Below the pieces are notes generated by a model. The model was not told the origin of the DNA and did not search any database. It saw only the letters and a program-made list of their open reading frames with translations. DNA of 40,283 nt from a virus. Its lineage: Duplodnaviria > Heunggongvirae > Uroviricota > Caudoviricetes. The first letter of the stretch is position 1, and each line of letters opens with the position of its first letter. A program made the position numbers and the translations under genes. Below are positions 1-8,748 of this stretch, one piece after another. The stretch is from the IMG/VR virus record IMGVR_UViG_2565956723_000004. One strand, 5' to 3'.

Positions 1-1215
1 TTATTTTTCAACCTCTGACAGGGGTAAGTAATGAGATGTCTGTAATGTCAAACTCTCTATCTCAAAGGAAATGTTGCTGATATTTTGACCTGCAAATTGC
101 GGATGCCACTCAGCGCCAGGGAATAACATTTCCGCAGAAGTAGCAACTATAGGGTCAATAGCATTAAGATAATGTAACTTATCAGGTGCGCTGTGTAACA
201 GTAACCACTGCAACTCCACTGAAGGATTTGTAAAATGTTCTAATAAATGAAAGTTATTATGTAGTACGCTTAGTAAAAAACTGGTTTCGTATACTTCCGT
301 TACATATTTCCACCCCTGATATTCAGGTGTATTTTCATAAACAATACCCATACCTTCACAATCACTATGTCGAACTGCTTGTGGTGATAATAGTTGCAAA
401 AGAGACAAAACATCGTCCGCATATTTTTTAACTGGATGACGATTTTGCTTACCTTTTATTTGATCAATTTCAAGTGAATCACCAACAACATTGAGAGCAA
501 TAGTAACATGAGGAATATTATTATTATCACGCAAACTGAATAACCGTAATTTATGTTGCTCAATTTGATTTGCATAATACTCACCATAACCACCGGTAAG
601 ATTTTTTCGATCATCAAACTGGCCTACGCAATGTTGCATATGCCATGATTCATAAGCCATTTCACGACGAAGGTTCGAATGACTGGCATCAAACTCAACA
701 ATTTTTCCGTCTGGCACATCAAGTATTGACTTTACAGTATTTTGTTCACTCGGCTGCCACCCTTTCTCGCGTCGTTGAAGCATCTTTTCATGCTCTTCTT
801 CACGCATTCTGAACGCAACGTAGCAGGTTATGCGCTGTAGTTTTGATTCCAGACGGGTACCACATTTCCTGGAAAGAAATTCCACCAACTCCCGTTCTTT
901 GGTTAATATTTGTTGATGATCGGTTTCGATATAATAAAGTGTCGCAGTTGATACTGAGGCAGTATTAAACTTCGATACCAGCCATTCCGGGATTACATCA
1001 TCATTTTTATTAAACAGTGAATATTCTGCAAGCGAGTTAATTTGTTGCACCATTGGAAAGTCACTAATTAGCCATCGATAAAAATGGTTGAGTAACCATT
1101 TTTGGATGGTCTCATTATCCTGGCGAAACAGACTTCTTTGCAAAATTGCTGTTTTTACTTCCGGGGCATTAATTACATCCCTTGCATTATAATTCTGGTG
1201 AATATTTCCAGTCAT
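1..1215 (-). CDS. Hypothetical protein, 404 aa, AT-rich; possibly PcfJ-like (tentative)
   Basis: Complete ORF: stop codon is the first 3 nt of the window, ATG at 1213-1215. Visibly AT-rich. Family guess rests only on recall of an HCVG-containing motif (ESWHMQHCVGQF), not on a search. Confidence 0.55.
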   Translation of the reverse strand: MTGNIHQNYNARDVINAPEVKTAILQRSLFRQDNETIQKWLLNHFYRWLISDFPMVQQINSLAEYSLFNKNDDVIPEWLVSKFNTASVSTATLYYIETDHQQILTKERELVEFLSRKCGTRLESKLQRITCYVAFRMREEEHEKMLQRREKGWQPSEQNTVKSILDVPDGKIVEFDASHSNLRREMAYESWHMQHCVGQFDDRKNLTGGYGEYYANQIEQHKLRLFSLRDNNNIPHVTIALNVVGDSLEIDQIKGKQNRHPVKKYADDVLSLLQLLSPQAVRHSDCEGMGIVYENTPEYQGWKYVTEVYETSFLLSVLHNNFHLLEHFTNPSVELQWLLLHSAPDKLHYLNAIDPIVATSAEMLFPGAEWHPQFAGQNISNISFEIESLTLQTSHYLPLSEVEK

Positions 1216-1702
1216 AACATCCGCCCGTGTTTATTATATCACTCAAAGCAATAATTGTTGACTATAGATTTTTTATCTAAATCAGCATGGTTGCAGGTAC
1301 ATACTCAAGTAAGCCACTCAAGAAAATAACGTAAACTCAATAGTGGCAGCGTCACAAACTTTGGAAATTATGTCTTATATTTGCAGTTTATTTTAGTGAA
1401 TAATTGAGATAAATGACATTATTTTACATCCTCAATAATTCAGGCTGTAAGAGGACGGCAAATACATTCATAATTATCAGGGGATGAACATTCAGGAAAG
1501 TAGTCAGTATCGTCAACTTTTTCTTTTATCACTACATGAAGATTTCGTGTAGATACTCCCATCTCTGCCACTTCTCCCCTCACATTTACACTGGAGCTAA
1601 ACCCGCCGATTGCGCTACAATGCCCGCCCTTAAAGTGGGGGCACTCCCCTAACCGCTTCATCAGGTGAAGCGGCTCTGACCTGTCATCAGAACGAGAGAA
1701 TT

Positions 1703-3064
1703 ATGTTTAAACCGGAACTCCTTTCCCCGGCGGGAACGCTGAAAAATATGCGTTACGCTTTCGCTTATGGCGCAGATGCTGTTTATGCGGGCCAGCCGCG
1801 TTACTCCCTGCGTGTACGCAACAACGAATTCAACCACGAAAATCTTCAGCTCGGCATCAATGAAGCCCACGCGCTGGGGAAAAAGTTTTATGTCGTGGTC
1901 AACATTGCACCGCACAACGCCAAGCTGAAAACCTTTATCCGTGACCTGAAACCGGTGGTGGAAATGGGGCCGGATGCGCTGATTATGTCCGATCCAGGGC
2001 TGATTATGCTGGTGCGTGAACACTTCCCGGAAATGCCAATCCACCTCTCGGTACAGGCTAACGCCGTAAACTGGGCGACGGTGAAATTCTGGCAGCAAAT
2101 GGGTCTGACCCGCGTGATCCTCTCTCGCGAACTGTCACTGGAAGAGATTGAAGAGATCCGCAATCAGGTGCCGGATATGGAGATCGAAATCTTCGTTCAC
2201 GGCGCGCTGTGCATGGCCTACTCCGGTCGCTGCCTGCTCTCTGGCTATATCAACAAGCGCGACCCGAACCAGGGCACCTGCACCAACGCCTGCCGCTGGG
2301 AGTACAATGTCCAGGAAGGGAAAGAAGATGACGTCGGCAACATCGTACACAAGTACGAGCCGATTCCGGTGCAAAATGTTGAGCCGACGCTGGGTATCGG
2401 CGCGCCAACCGACAAAGTGTTTATGATCGAAGAAGCCCAGCGTCCGGGCGAGTATATGACCGCGTTTGAAGATGAGCACGGCACTTACATCATGAACTCG
2501 AAAGATCTGCGCGCCATCGCCCATGTTGAACGCCTGACCAAAATGGGCGTGCATTCGCTGAAAATCGAAGGCCGTACCAAATCTTTCTACTATTGCGCAC
2601 GCACCGCGCAGGTTTACCGTAAAGCTATCGATGACGCCGCTGCGGGCAAACCGTTCGATACCAGCCTGCTGGAAACGCTGGAAGGTCTGGCGCATCGTGG
2701 CTATACCGAAGGTTTCCTGCGTCGTCATACCCACGACGATTATCAGAACTACGAATACGGTTATTCGGTTTCTGACCGCCAGCAGTTTGTTGGTGAGTTT
2801 ACCGGTGAGCGCAAGGGGGAGCTCGCGGCGGTAGCGGTGAAAAATAAATTCTCCGTTGGCGACAGCCTTGAGCTGATGACGCCGCAAGGCAACATTAACT
2901 TTACCCTTGAGCATATGGAAAACGCCAAAGGTGAAGCGATGCCGGTCGCACCAGGCGATGGTTATACTGTGTGGCTCCCGGTGCCGCAGGATCTTGAGCT
3001 AAATTACGCGCTGCTGATGCGTAATTTCTCCGGGGAAACCACGCGTAACCCCCACGGTAAGTGA
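1703..3064 (+). CDS. yegQ: U32-family peptidase YegQ (tRNA hydroxylation protein TrhP), 453 aa
   Basis: Full-length ORF whose translation (MFKPELLSPAGTLKNMRYAFAYGADAVYAGQPRYSLRV...) matches E. coli YegQ as I recall it; cysteine cluster CLLSGY...CTNACRWEY typical of U32 proteins. Confidence 0.93.
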   Translation: MFKPELLSPAGTLKNMRYAFAYGADAVYAGQPRYSLRVRNNEFNHENLQLGINEAHALGKKFYVVVNIAPHNAKLKTFIRDLKPVVEMGPDALIMSDPGLIMLVREHFPEMPIHLSVQANAVNWATVKFWQQMGLTRVILSRELSLEEIEEIRNQVPDMEIEIFVHGALCMAYSGRCLLSGYINKRDPNQGTCTNACRWEYNVQEGKEDDVGNIVHKYEPIPVQNVEPTLGIGAPTDKVFMIEEAQRPGEYMTAFEDEHGTYIMNSKDLRAIAHVERLTKMGVHSLKIEGRTKSFYYCARTAQVYRKAIDDAAAGKPFDTSLLETLEGLAHRGYTEGFLRRHTHDDYQNYEYGYSVSDRQQFVGEFTGERKGELAAVAVKNKFSVGDSLELMTPQGNINFTLEHMENAKGEAMPVAPGDGYTVWLPVPQDLELNYALLMRNFSGETTRNPHGK

Positions 3065-3092
3065 TTAATTTCGATTATTTTTCCCGGATGGA

Positions 3093-3148
3093 AAATTCTT
3101 AGAAACCGATCACATACAGCTGCATTTATTAAGGTTATCATCCGTTTC
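3093..3148 (+). promoter_or_regulatory. Putative cyaR promoter region with a CRP-like half-site
   Basis: TCACA half-site at 3110-3114, centred about 42 bp upstream of the inferred CyaR 5' end; CyaR is known to be CRP-activated. Upstream half-site is poor. Confidence 0.3.
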
Positions 3149-3235
3149 GCTGAAAAACATAACCCATAAAATGCTAGCTGTACCAGGAACCACCTCCTTA
3201 GCCTGTGTAATCTCCCTTACACGGGCTTATTTTTT
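3149..3235 (+). ncRNA. cyaR: CyaR (RyeE) small RNA
   Basis: Sequence GCTGAAAAACATAACCCATAAAATGCTAGCTGTACCAGGAACCACCTCCTTAGCCTGTGTAATCTCCCTTACACGGGCTTATTTTTT matches my recollection of E. coli CyaR, including the terminator hairpin (CCTGTGTAA/TTACACGGG) and T-run. Confidence 0.85.
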
Positions 3236-3236
3236 A
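3209..3236. repeat. Left prophage attachment core (att), overlapping the CyaR 3' end
   Basis: 28-bp AATCTCCCTTACACGGGCTTATTTTTTA is repeated exactly at 39611-39638 and contains the reverse complement of the P2 att core AAAAAATAAGCCCGTGTAAGGGAGATT. Confidence 0.85.
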
Positions 3237-3298
3237 CGCGTAACACAATGAAATAAAAGGATTTATTTCTGGTCACGTCCACACATTGACCACATCGA

Positions 3299-3324
3299 CA
3301 AAAAAGCCCCTCGACTGAGGGGCT
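3299..3324 (-). terminator. Rho-independent terminator downstream of ogr
   Basis: 8-bp stem AGCCCCTC/GAGGGGCT with 4-nt loop (3305-3324), followed on the minus strand by a T-run (A-run 3299-3304 on plus). Confidence 0.6.
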
Positions 3325-3336
3325 TCCTGTTTGTAA

Positions 3337-3555
3337 TTACATCCACATAATTTGCTGCCCTGACGGCAACGGGTGCGGTCTTACGGCGTGGACTTCTCCC
3401 GGCTTCACGATGTATCGCTGTACCGACTCATAAGTGATGAATGTGGCGCTGCAATTCACGTTCTGACACTGGTGATAACGCTCTTTTGTCGTGTCAGTGA
3501 TATAGCGGCTTGTACGCGCATGTGCGGCATGCTGGCATAAAGGACAATGAAACAT
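3337..3555 (-). CDS. ogr: Late gene transcription activator Ogr, zinc finger, 72 aa
   Basis: MFHCPLCQHAAHARTSRYITDTTKERYHQCQNVNCSATF...QIMWM matches P2 Ogr; start taken at the internal Met of the 93-codon ORF. Confidence 0.9.
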   Translation of the reverse strand: MFHCPLCQHAAHARTSRYITDTTKERYHQCQNVNCSATFITYESVQRYIVKPGEVHAVRPHPLPSGQQIMWM

Positions 3556-3636
3556 CGCGAGCACCTCTTCCGGTTTTGTTGATGGTGCCATTTTAGTTAA
3601 TTTATCCTTATAAAACAAACAGATAAATAAATTACA

Positions 3637-4800
3637 TCACTCATCATCTTCTGTTTCGTACTCCACATCAGAAAGCCTGACCTCAAGCTCTAAGGACGTC
3701 GTGAAGCCGCTATTATTCAGAAAATGTGTCACCTTAGTGATTGTCCAGTCCTGCTCGTCTATGACGCGCTTAAAGCCTGATACTTTAACCGGTGTTTCCG
3801 TGTAAATATCAGCACGACCGGTAGCCAGGCTGATGGAGAACTCCGCAACGCCCCGTTGCAGTTTATCCCACTTCGCCTGAGCGGCACGCATGGCCTGTGC
3901 TTTCGTGGCATATACCGTGGTCAGGGCAAAAACGTTGTCAGCCTCACCGGCCATGTATTCACCTTCGCGCGCTTCCGGTACTCTTGGCGCTTTCTTCTGC
4001 CTGACCGGTTTTGCTTTCGGGTGCTCCAGTGCGCGCAGGTGTTTTTCTTTCTTTTTGCGTTTCAGTTTTACCTTCTGCTTTTGCGGCTTCGGGTCTTTGG
4101 TGTGTAACCACTTTGCCGTTACGCCGGTATAGGCTCCACGGTCAGCAATCGCAAAATGATGGCGGTCGCCGTCGCTGCGGGTGATGGTGACCTGCGGGAT
4201 TTTTTTACCGCTGGCCGTCACCCCCTGCCCCGCTTTGAGAAACAGCAGTTTTCCCATTTTTACCGACACCTCACCGCCGTTGCGTTCTGCAAGACGGGTC
4301 AGGAATTTCGCATCAGACTCCTGCGACTGGTCGATGTGCGGAATTTTAATTCCGGCCAGTGACGGAGCGATACTGGCTTCCAGCCTGTTACGGGAGGCAA
4401 TCGCCTCAACAATCGCACCGAGCGTGGTGTCATGCCAGGAGCCTTCCCGGCGGGAATTGAGCGTCCCGCGAAAATCTGCACTCCGGGCGCGGATGGTGAC
4501 CACATCCGGCGCGCCCCGGTGTTCAACCTCATCAACGGTAAATTTCCCTTTGCATACCAGGGCAAAACCTTTCCAGCCGATATACACCGTCAGGACAGCG
4601 CCACGAACCGGCAGCCCGACCTGCCCGTCGGCATCGTTCAGTTCAATATCAAGCTGGTCAGCCTCAAAGCCCCGGTTATCCGTCAGGGTCATGCTCATCA
4701 GACGGTCGCTGATATTGCCGGTAATATCCCTGCTGTCGAGCATCAGCATGTAATCCGGCGTCAGCGTACTGCCTGCATCAAATGTCAGCGCATCCAGCAT
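3637..4800 (-). CDS. D: Tail protein D (late control gene D), 387 aa
   Basis: Length and position as in P2 D, immediately upstream of ogr. Confidence 0.88.
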   Translation of the reverse strand: MLDALTFDAGSTLTPDYMLMLDSRDITGNISDRLMSMTLTDNRGFEADQLDIELNDADGQVGLPVRGAVLTVYIGWKGFALVCKGKFTVDEVEHRGAPDVVTIRARSADFRGTLNSRREGSWHDTTLGAIVEAIASRNRLEASIAPSLAGIKIPHIDQSQESDAKFLTRLAERNGGEVSVKMGKLLFLKAGQGVTASGKKIPQVTITRSDGDRHHFAIADRGAYTGVTAKWLHTKDPKPQKQKVKLKRKKKEKHLRALEHPKAKPVRQKKAPRVPEAREGEYMAGEADNVFALTTVYATKAQAMRAAQAKWDKLQRGVAEFSISLATGRADIYTETPVKVSGFKRVIDEQDWTITKVTHFLNNSGFTTSLELEVRLSDVEYETEDDE

Positions 4801-5279
4801 TATCCCGCCCCCGTCATACCCGTGAATTTAGTCGCCATACTGCCAGCCTTACCGATGAGCGATTCCGCCTGTTTACCGATATCGCCATAAAGCGCGGCCA
4901 GTGATTCATCAACGCGGGTGAGCGACAGCGTAAAATCAATTTTTCGGGGTGTGCCGTCTGCAAAGAAAATACTCCCTGTTTCACTCACCCTGCGGATGAC
5001 ATACATGCCGTAAATCATGCCGGTGCCATCCAGCAACGGCCACGCCCGGCCTTCCTCTGCCATCAGTCTGAGCGTGGTCATCGTCAGCTTTCCGCCGGTC
5101 AGTTCTGGATAAAGCACACCGGCAAGCGTAATGTTTTCCTCACCCACACCGAGAAACTGGTAGGCATCCCGTTTGCCGATACGGGAATTTGACGGCCAGC
5201 GATAATCTGATTCACGCTGCATGGTCTGGTGTGGCAGCGTCTGGCGCATAAAAACAAACATACCTAACGCGAGCATCAT
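4800..5279 (-). CDS. U: Tail protein U, 159 aa
   Basis: Length and position as in P2 U. Confidence 0.85.
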   Translation of the reverse strand: MMLALGMFVFMRQTLPHQTMQRESDYRWPSNSRIGKRDAYQFLGVGEENITLAGVLYPELTGGKLTMTTLRLMAEEGRAWPLLDGTGMIYGMYVIRRVSETGSIFFADGTPRKIDFTLSLTRVDESLAALYGDIGKQAESLIGKAGSMATKFTGMTGAG

Positions 5280-5293
5280 TTTTCGTCACCTCC

Positions 5294-7741
5294 TTAACCG
5301 TCATGCATCATGCTGGCACGGGCGCGCGCACGTTTATCCCGCTCGTATTTTTCGAGCGCATCCTGTAACTGGCGGTCAAGCTGTGTCCCCGGCGCAGTAC
5401 CACCCGTCAGGCTGATGTGATATTCGTTTTTACTCTGGTCCACATAAGAGCGGCCAGCCGGTGCCGTGACCGGCTGATAAGCTTGATAGCCTGCATAAGA
5501 GCTGGTCGCCGGAATATAACCACCGGTGCCATACGTGGCGGCATGAGTTCTGGCGGCGGTCTGGTCAAGTGTGTCTGACTCTTTGTTGATGACCCCGAGC
5601 TTTTCCAGTACCCAGTCAATGCCGCTGCGCAGTTTGTTGAACGCATTAAGCGGCAGCATCAGCGCGTCAGCCAGTGCCTGCCCGAACATGACGCCCGTGT
5701 CACGGCAACGGTTCAGGGTGTCCTGTGTGGCTTTGACCGGGGCAATCAGGTTTTTAAACCACTGCCACGCGGCCTGTAACTTTTCGCCCAGCCAGTCAAA
5801 CACCGGCTTAAGTGGCGTGAACAGTTCCCCCACCGGCGCAAATGCCGCTTTCAGCCCTTCCACCACACCGCCAAAGAATGCGCTGACAGGCTCCCAGTAT
5901 TTACGGATAAGCAACGCACCGGCGACAATGGCGGCCACCACGGCCACAACCGGCCAGCTAATCGCCCCGATGGCCGTCATAACAGCACTGCCAACCGTCG
6001 TGAAGATTGCCCCCATTGCGCCTGCTGCCGCGATGATGGCATTGATGCCAGTGATAACCGGCCAGGCTACGAGGCCAATGGCACCGATGACAGCAGTCAG
6101 CGCCAGTGCACCACCGACAATGAGGCCGATGGTTGACGCCAGTGATTTGTTTTTCTGGATCCAGCCGTCGAGTTTTAACACATACTTTGTGGCCGTCTGC
6201 GTGAGCTTACGCAGTGCGCCTTCCTGCTGGTCAAACAGGTCAGTCCCCACCGCCTCATAAGCGGACTGAAACTCCTTAAAGTCACCGCCGAGGTTGTCCT
6301 GCATGATATTTACCAGCTCGGCGGTCTTCCCGTCTGAGGCTTTAAACGCAGCGGTCAGTTTGTCCAGCTTTCCAGTTGAGGCGGCAGTCATCAGCACGGC
6401 GGCGGCTGAGCTGGCCTCCTCCCCGAAAATAGTTTTCATGTATTCAGCCTGCTGGGCAGTACCGAGCCGGTTTTTCTCAAAACTGGCCTGCATTTCTTTC
6501 AGAATGGTAAATACTGGTCGAGTATTCCCTTTACTGTCTGAGGTTTTCACGCCAAGCTCTTTCAGTGCATCCCATGCTTTTCCCGTCGGTGCCTGCAGGC
6601 GGCTTAACACGGCACGGCTTCCCGTCCCCGCCATTGAACCGGTAATTTTTGCATCATGCAGCGCCCCGACCATTGCGGCGGTTTCTTCAATGCTGACACC
6701 AGCATTTTTTGCCACAGGTGCGGCATAGGTCAGCGCATCGCTCATGCCATCAAAATCGGCGGCGGTTTTGTTCATCGTCATGGAGAGAACATCCCCGATA
6801 TGAGCGACCTTATCGTTTGAAAGCTGAAAGGCGGATTTCATCCCCATCAGCAGGGCGGCGTTTTCTTCCATCGTGCGACGGTTCGCCAGCGCCATATTCA
6901 GCGTGACCGGCGTTGCCGCCTGAATGGCATCAACATCCCCACCGGCTTTCGCAATAATAATCTGCGCACCGGCTGCATCATCTGCCGAGGCTGCGGTATT
7001 GTCGCCGAGCTGGCGCGCCTGCTTGCGTAGTGCAGCCATTTCGGCGGAGTCTTTTGCCACACCGAGCACAGCCTGCAATTCTGAGTTTTTCTGCGCAAAC
7101 TCATAACCGGGCATCAGCAACTTAACTCCGGCCATCGTTCCCGCAGCAGCAATCCCCACACCGGCAGCGCCCACTGAGGCCATATTTCCGGCCAGTTCCT
7201 TTCCGGCCTGATAACGCTGTTTTACTGCGTTAAGTTTTGCCTGTTGTGCACTGACACGCGCCAGCGCGTCACGCTGACGGTTAAGCTGTGCGGTGGTTTC
7301 ACTGATACGGTTTTTCAGTCCCTGCTCATCATGTGCAAGATTGCGGGTATTAATTCCCACAGCGGCCAGTTCCCGCTGCTGGCGTTTAATGGAATCTGTC
7401 AGGCGGTTATATTTCGCCTGTAAGTCCTCCGCCGCACGCTTTGCGGATTCCAGCACTTTCGCCTGAGCACGGGTCGGACGTTCAGTGTTTTTAAACTGTG
7501 TGGCAAGGGCTTCGGCTTCCTGCCGTGCCTTTTCAAGTGCATGACCAGTCACGGCAAGCTGTGCGCTGGTCTTGCGAAATCCCTCAATACGGGATGCGTG
7601 ACCGTTCAGCTCGCGCAGTGATTTTTGTGTTTCCCGGATATCCCCCGACAGCGACTTACTCGCTGTGCGGATGGATTTAAACGGGCGGGATGCCTGGTCA
7701 ACAGCCCTGAGCAATACCTGTAATTTTACATTGTTACTCAT
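5294..7741 (-). CDS. T: Tail tape measure protein T, 815 aa
   Basis: Ala/Gly-rich coiled-coil and hydrophobic segments; length equals P2 T. Confidence 0.9.
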   Translation of the reverse strand: MSNNVKLQVLLRAVDQASRPFKSIRTASKSLSGDIRETQKSLRELNGHASRIEGFRKTSAQLAVTGHALEKARQEAEALATQFKNTERPTRAQAKVLESAKRAAEDLQAKYNRLTDSIKRQQRELAAVGINTRNLAHDEQGLKNRISETTAQLNRQRDALARVSAQQAKLNAVKQRYQAGKELAGNMASVGAAGVGIAAAGTMAGVKLLMPGYEFAQKNSELQAVLGVAKDSAEMAALRKQARQLGDNTAASADDAAGAQIIIAKAGGDVDAIQAATPVTLNMALANRRTMEENAALLMGMKSAFQLSNDKVAHIGDVLSMTMNKTAADFDGMSDALTYAAPVAKNAGVSIEETAAMVGALHDAKITGSMAGTGSRAVLSRLQAPTGKAWDALKELGVKTSDSKGNTRPVFTILKEMQASFEKNRLGTAQQAEYMKTIFGEEASSAAAVLMTAASTGKLDKLTAAFKASDGKTAELVNIMQDNLGGDFKEFQSAYEAVGTDLFDQQEGALRKLTQTATKYVLKLDGWIQKNKSLASTIGLIVGGALALTAVIGAIGLVAWPVITGINAIIAAAGAMGAIFTTVGSAVMTAIGAISWPVVAVVAAIVAGALLIRKYWEPVSAFFGGVVEGLKAAFAPVGELFTPLKPVFDWLGEKLQAAWQWFKNLIAPVKATQDTLNRCRDTGVMFGQALADALMLPLNAFNKLRSGIDWVLEKLGVINKESDTLDQTAARTHAATYGTGGYIPATSSYAGYQAYQPVTAPAGRSYVDQSKNEYHISLTGGTAPGTQLDRQLQDALEKYERDKRARARASMMHDG

Positions 7742-8161
7742 TCGTGTTTCCGCTTCGCCGGAGCGCCTTTTCGCGCCATGTGATGAGTTCGATCAGGCTC
7801 ATGGGATACAGTTCTGATGGCGGCCAGTGAAATATCACTGCCACATCCGCCATCAGGTCATCGACCGAGAGATTTTTCGGGAACGTTACTGCACCGAGTT
7901 CGGCGACAAAAAACCGACCACCTTACCGGCCAGCGCCACAAGGTCAGGCAGTTCCAGCGCGGCGACTTCCTGCTCGGTCAGCATCGGTGCCGTCATGCGC
8001 GGCAGCACCTTAATCAGTGCATCGACTTCGGAGTTCGCGACCGCAGCCAGACTGACACCGCGCAGCGTCCCGGCATTAGGTTTCATCAGCGTGACCTGTT
8101 CGATAACCTGCTCACCACGCTTGACCGGATTGTCCAGGGTAATCACATTTTCTTTGTTCAT
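7734..8161 (-). CDS. E': E+E' fusion made by -1 programmed frameshift, about 142 aa
   Basis: Slippery GGTTTTTTG on the minus strand (A6 run at 7908-7913 on plus). I translated the -1 frame by hand: it stays open to a TAA at 7734-7736, overlapping the T start. The 142-aa total matches P2 E+E'. Confidence 0.7.
7886..8161 (-). CDS. E: Tail assembly chaperone E, 91 aa
   Basis: 91-aa ORF between FII and T, as in P2. Confidence 0.85.
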   Translation of the reverse strand: MNKENVITLDNPVKRGEQVIEQVTLMKPNAGTLRGVSLAAVANSEVDALIKVLPRMTAPMLTEQEVAALELPDLVALAGKVVGFLSPNSVQ

Positions 8162-8217
8162 GGTTTTCTCACTTCTGAATCGGGGTTAACCGGTCAGCCA
8201 GGCTGACCGGATGAAAA

Positions 8218-8736
8218 TCACAGGCCGATATTGCGGCGGTGTTGCTCCAGCCGGTCGACGCCGTTCACCTTCTCAATCATGTTGATGGTGTCGATTTCGA
8301 CCAGCTCCTTACCGTCCATCGTCAGCCGGAAATAGGTGCAGACCACGGAGATTTTCGACTCGGTGTCTTCTCCCTGTTTGCCCTCGCCGGTGTCGATTTC
8401 TTTCTGACGTCCACGCATGACCACCTCGACGGCCACCGTTTCGCCGGTATCGTCGCGCTGGTAAGAGCCTGCAAAACGAATCGGTACGGAATCCACACCG
8501 GTTGCGGCGTAAAGCTCCCAGATAACCGAATCCGGGAAGCCACCGAGCGACCACTCCATTGACAGCGCATCGTCATCAAGGCCGAGGTCTACCGGTGCGC
8601 TGCCGTTCATCCCCGCACCGCGATAGTTTTCGAGCTTACGGGTCAGTTTTGGTAGCGTGACGGACTTCGCGACGCCCTGATAGCTGTAGCCGTTCAGAAA
8701 GACGTTCATTAACTTGAGTTTGCGCGGCATTGCCAT
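8218..8736 (-). CDS. FII: Tail tube protein FII, 172 aa
   Basis: Length and position as in P2 FII. Confidence 0.9.
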   Translation of the reverse strand: MAMPRKLKLMNVFLNGYSYQGVAKSVTLPKLTRKLENYRGAGMNGSAPVDLGLDDDALSMEWSLGGFPDSVIWELYAATGVDSVPIRFAGSYQRDDTGETVAVEVVMRGRQKEIDTGEGKQGEDTESKISVVCTYFRLTMDGKELVEIDTINMIEKVNGVDRLEQHRRNIGL

Positions 8737-8748
8737 CGGTCAGGCTCC

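Noticed and set aside
1440-1661. 73-codon Cys-rich ORF on the minus strand in the intergenic region upstream of yegQ
   Set aside because: No convincing ribosome-binding site; its putative start is buried in an 8-bp hairpin (CCGCTTCA/TGAAGCGG at about 1659-1679). More likely a regulatory or terminator structure than a gene, though I cannot exclude a small protein.
2135-2914. 259-codon minus-strand ORF inside yegQ
   Set aside because: Antisense to the well-supported yegQ coding sequence.
4181-4753. 190-codon plus-strand ORF inside gene D
   Set aside because: Antisense to a well-supported P2 structural gene, with low-complexity Ser/Ala/Pro/Arg-rich translation typical of spurious frames in GC-rich DNA. 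The same applies to 3856-4132, 4156-4362 and 4432-4890.
5571-6728. Plus-strand ORFs 5571-6260 and 6294-6728 inside tape-measure gene T
   Set aside because: Antisense to T; Ala/Ser/Thr/Pro-rich low-complexity translations mirroring the Ala/Gly-rich tape measure.
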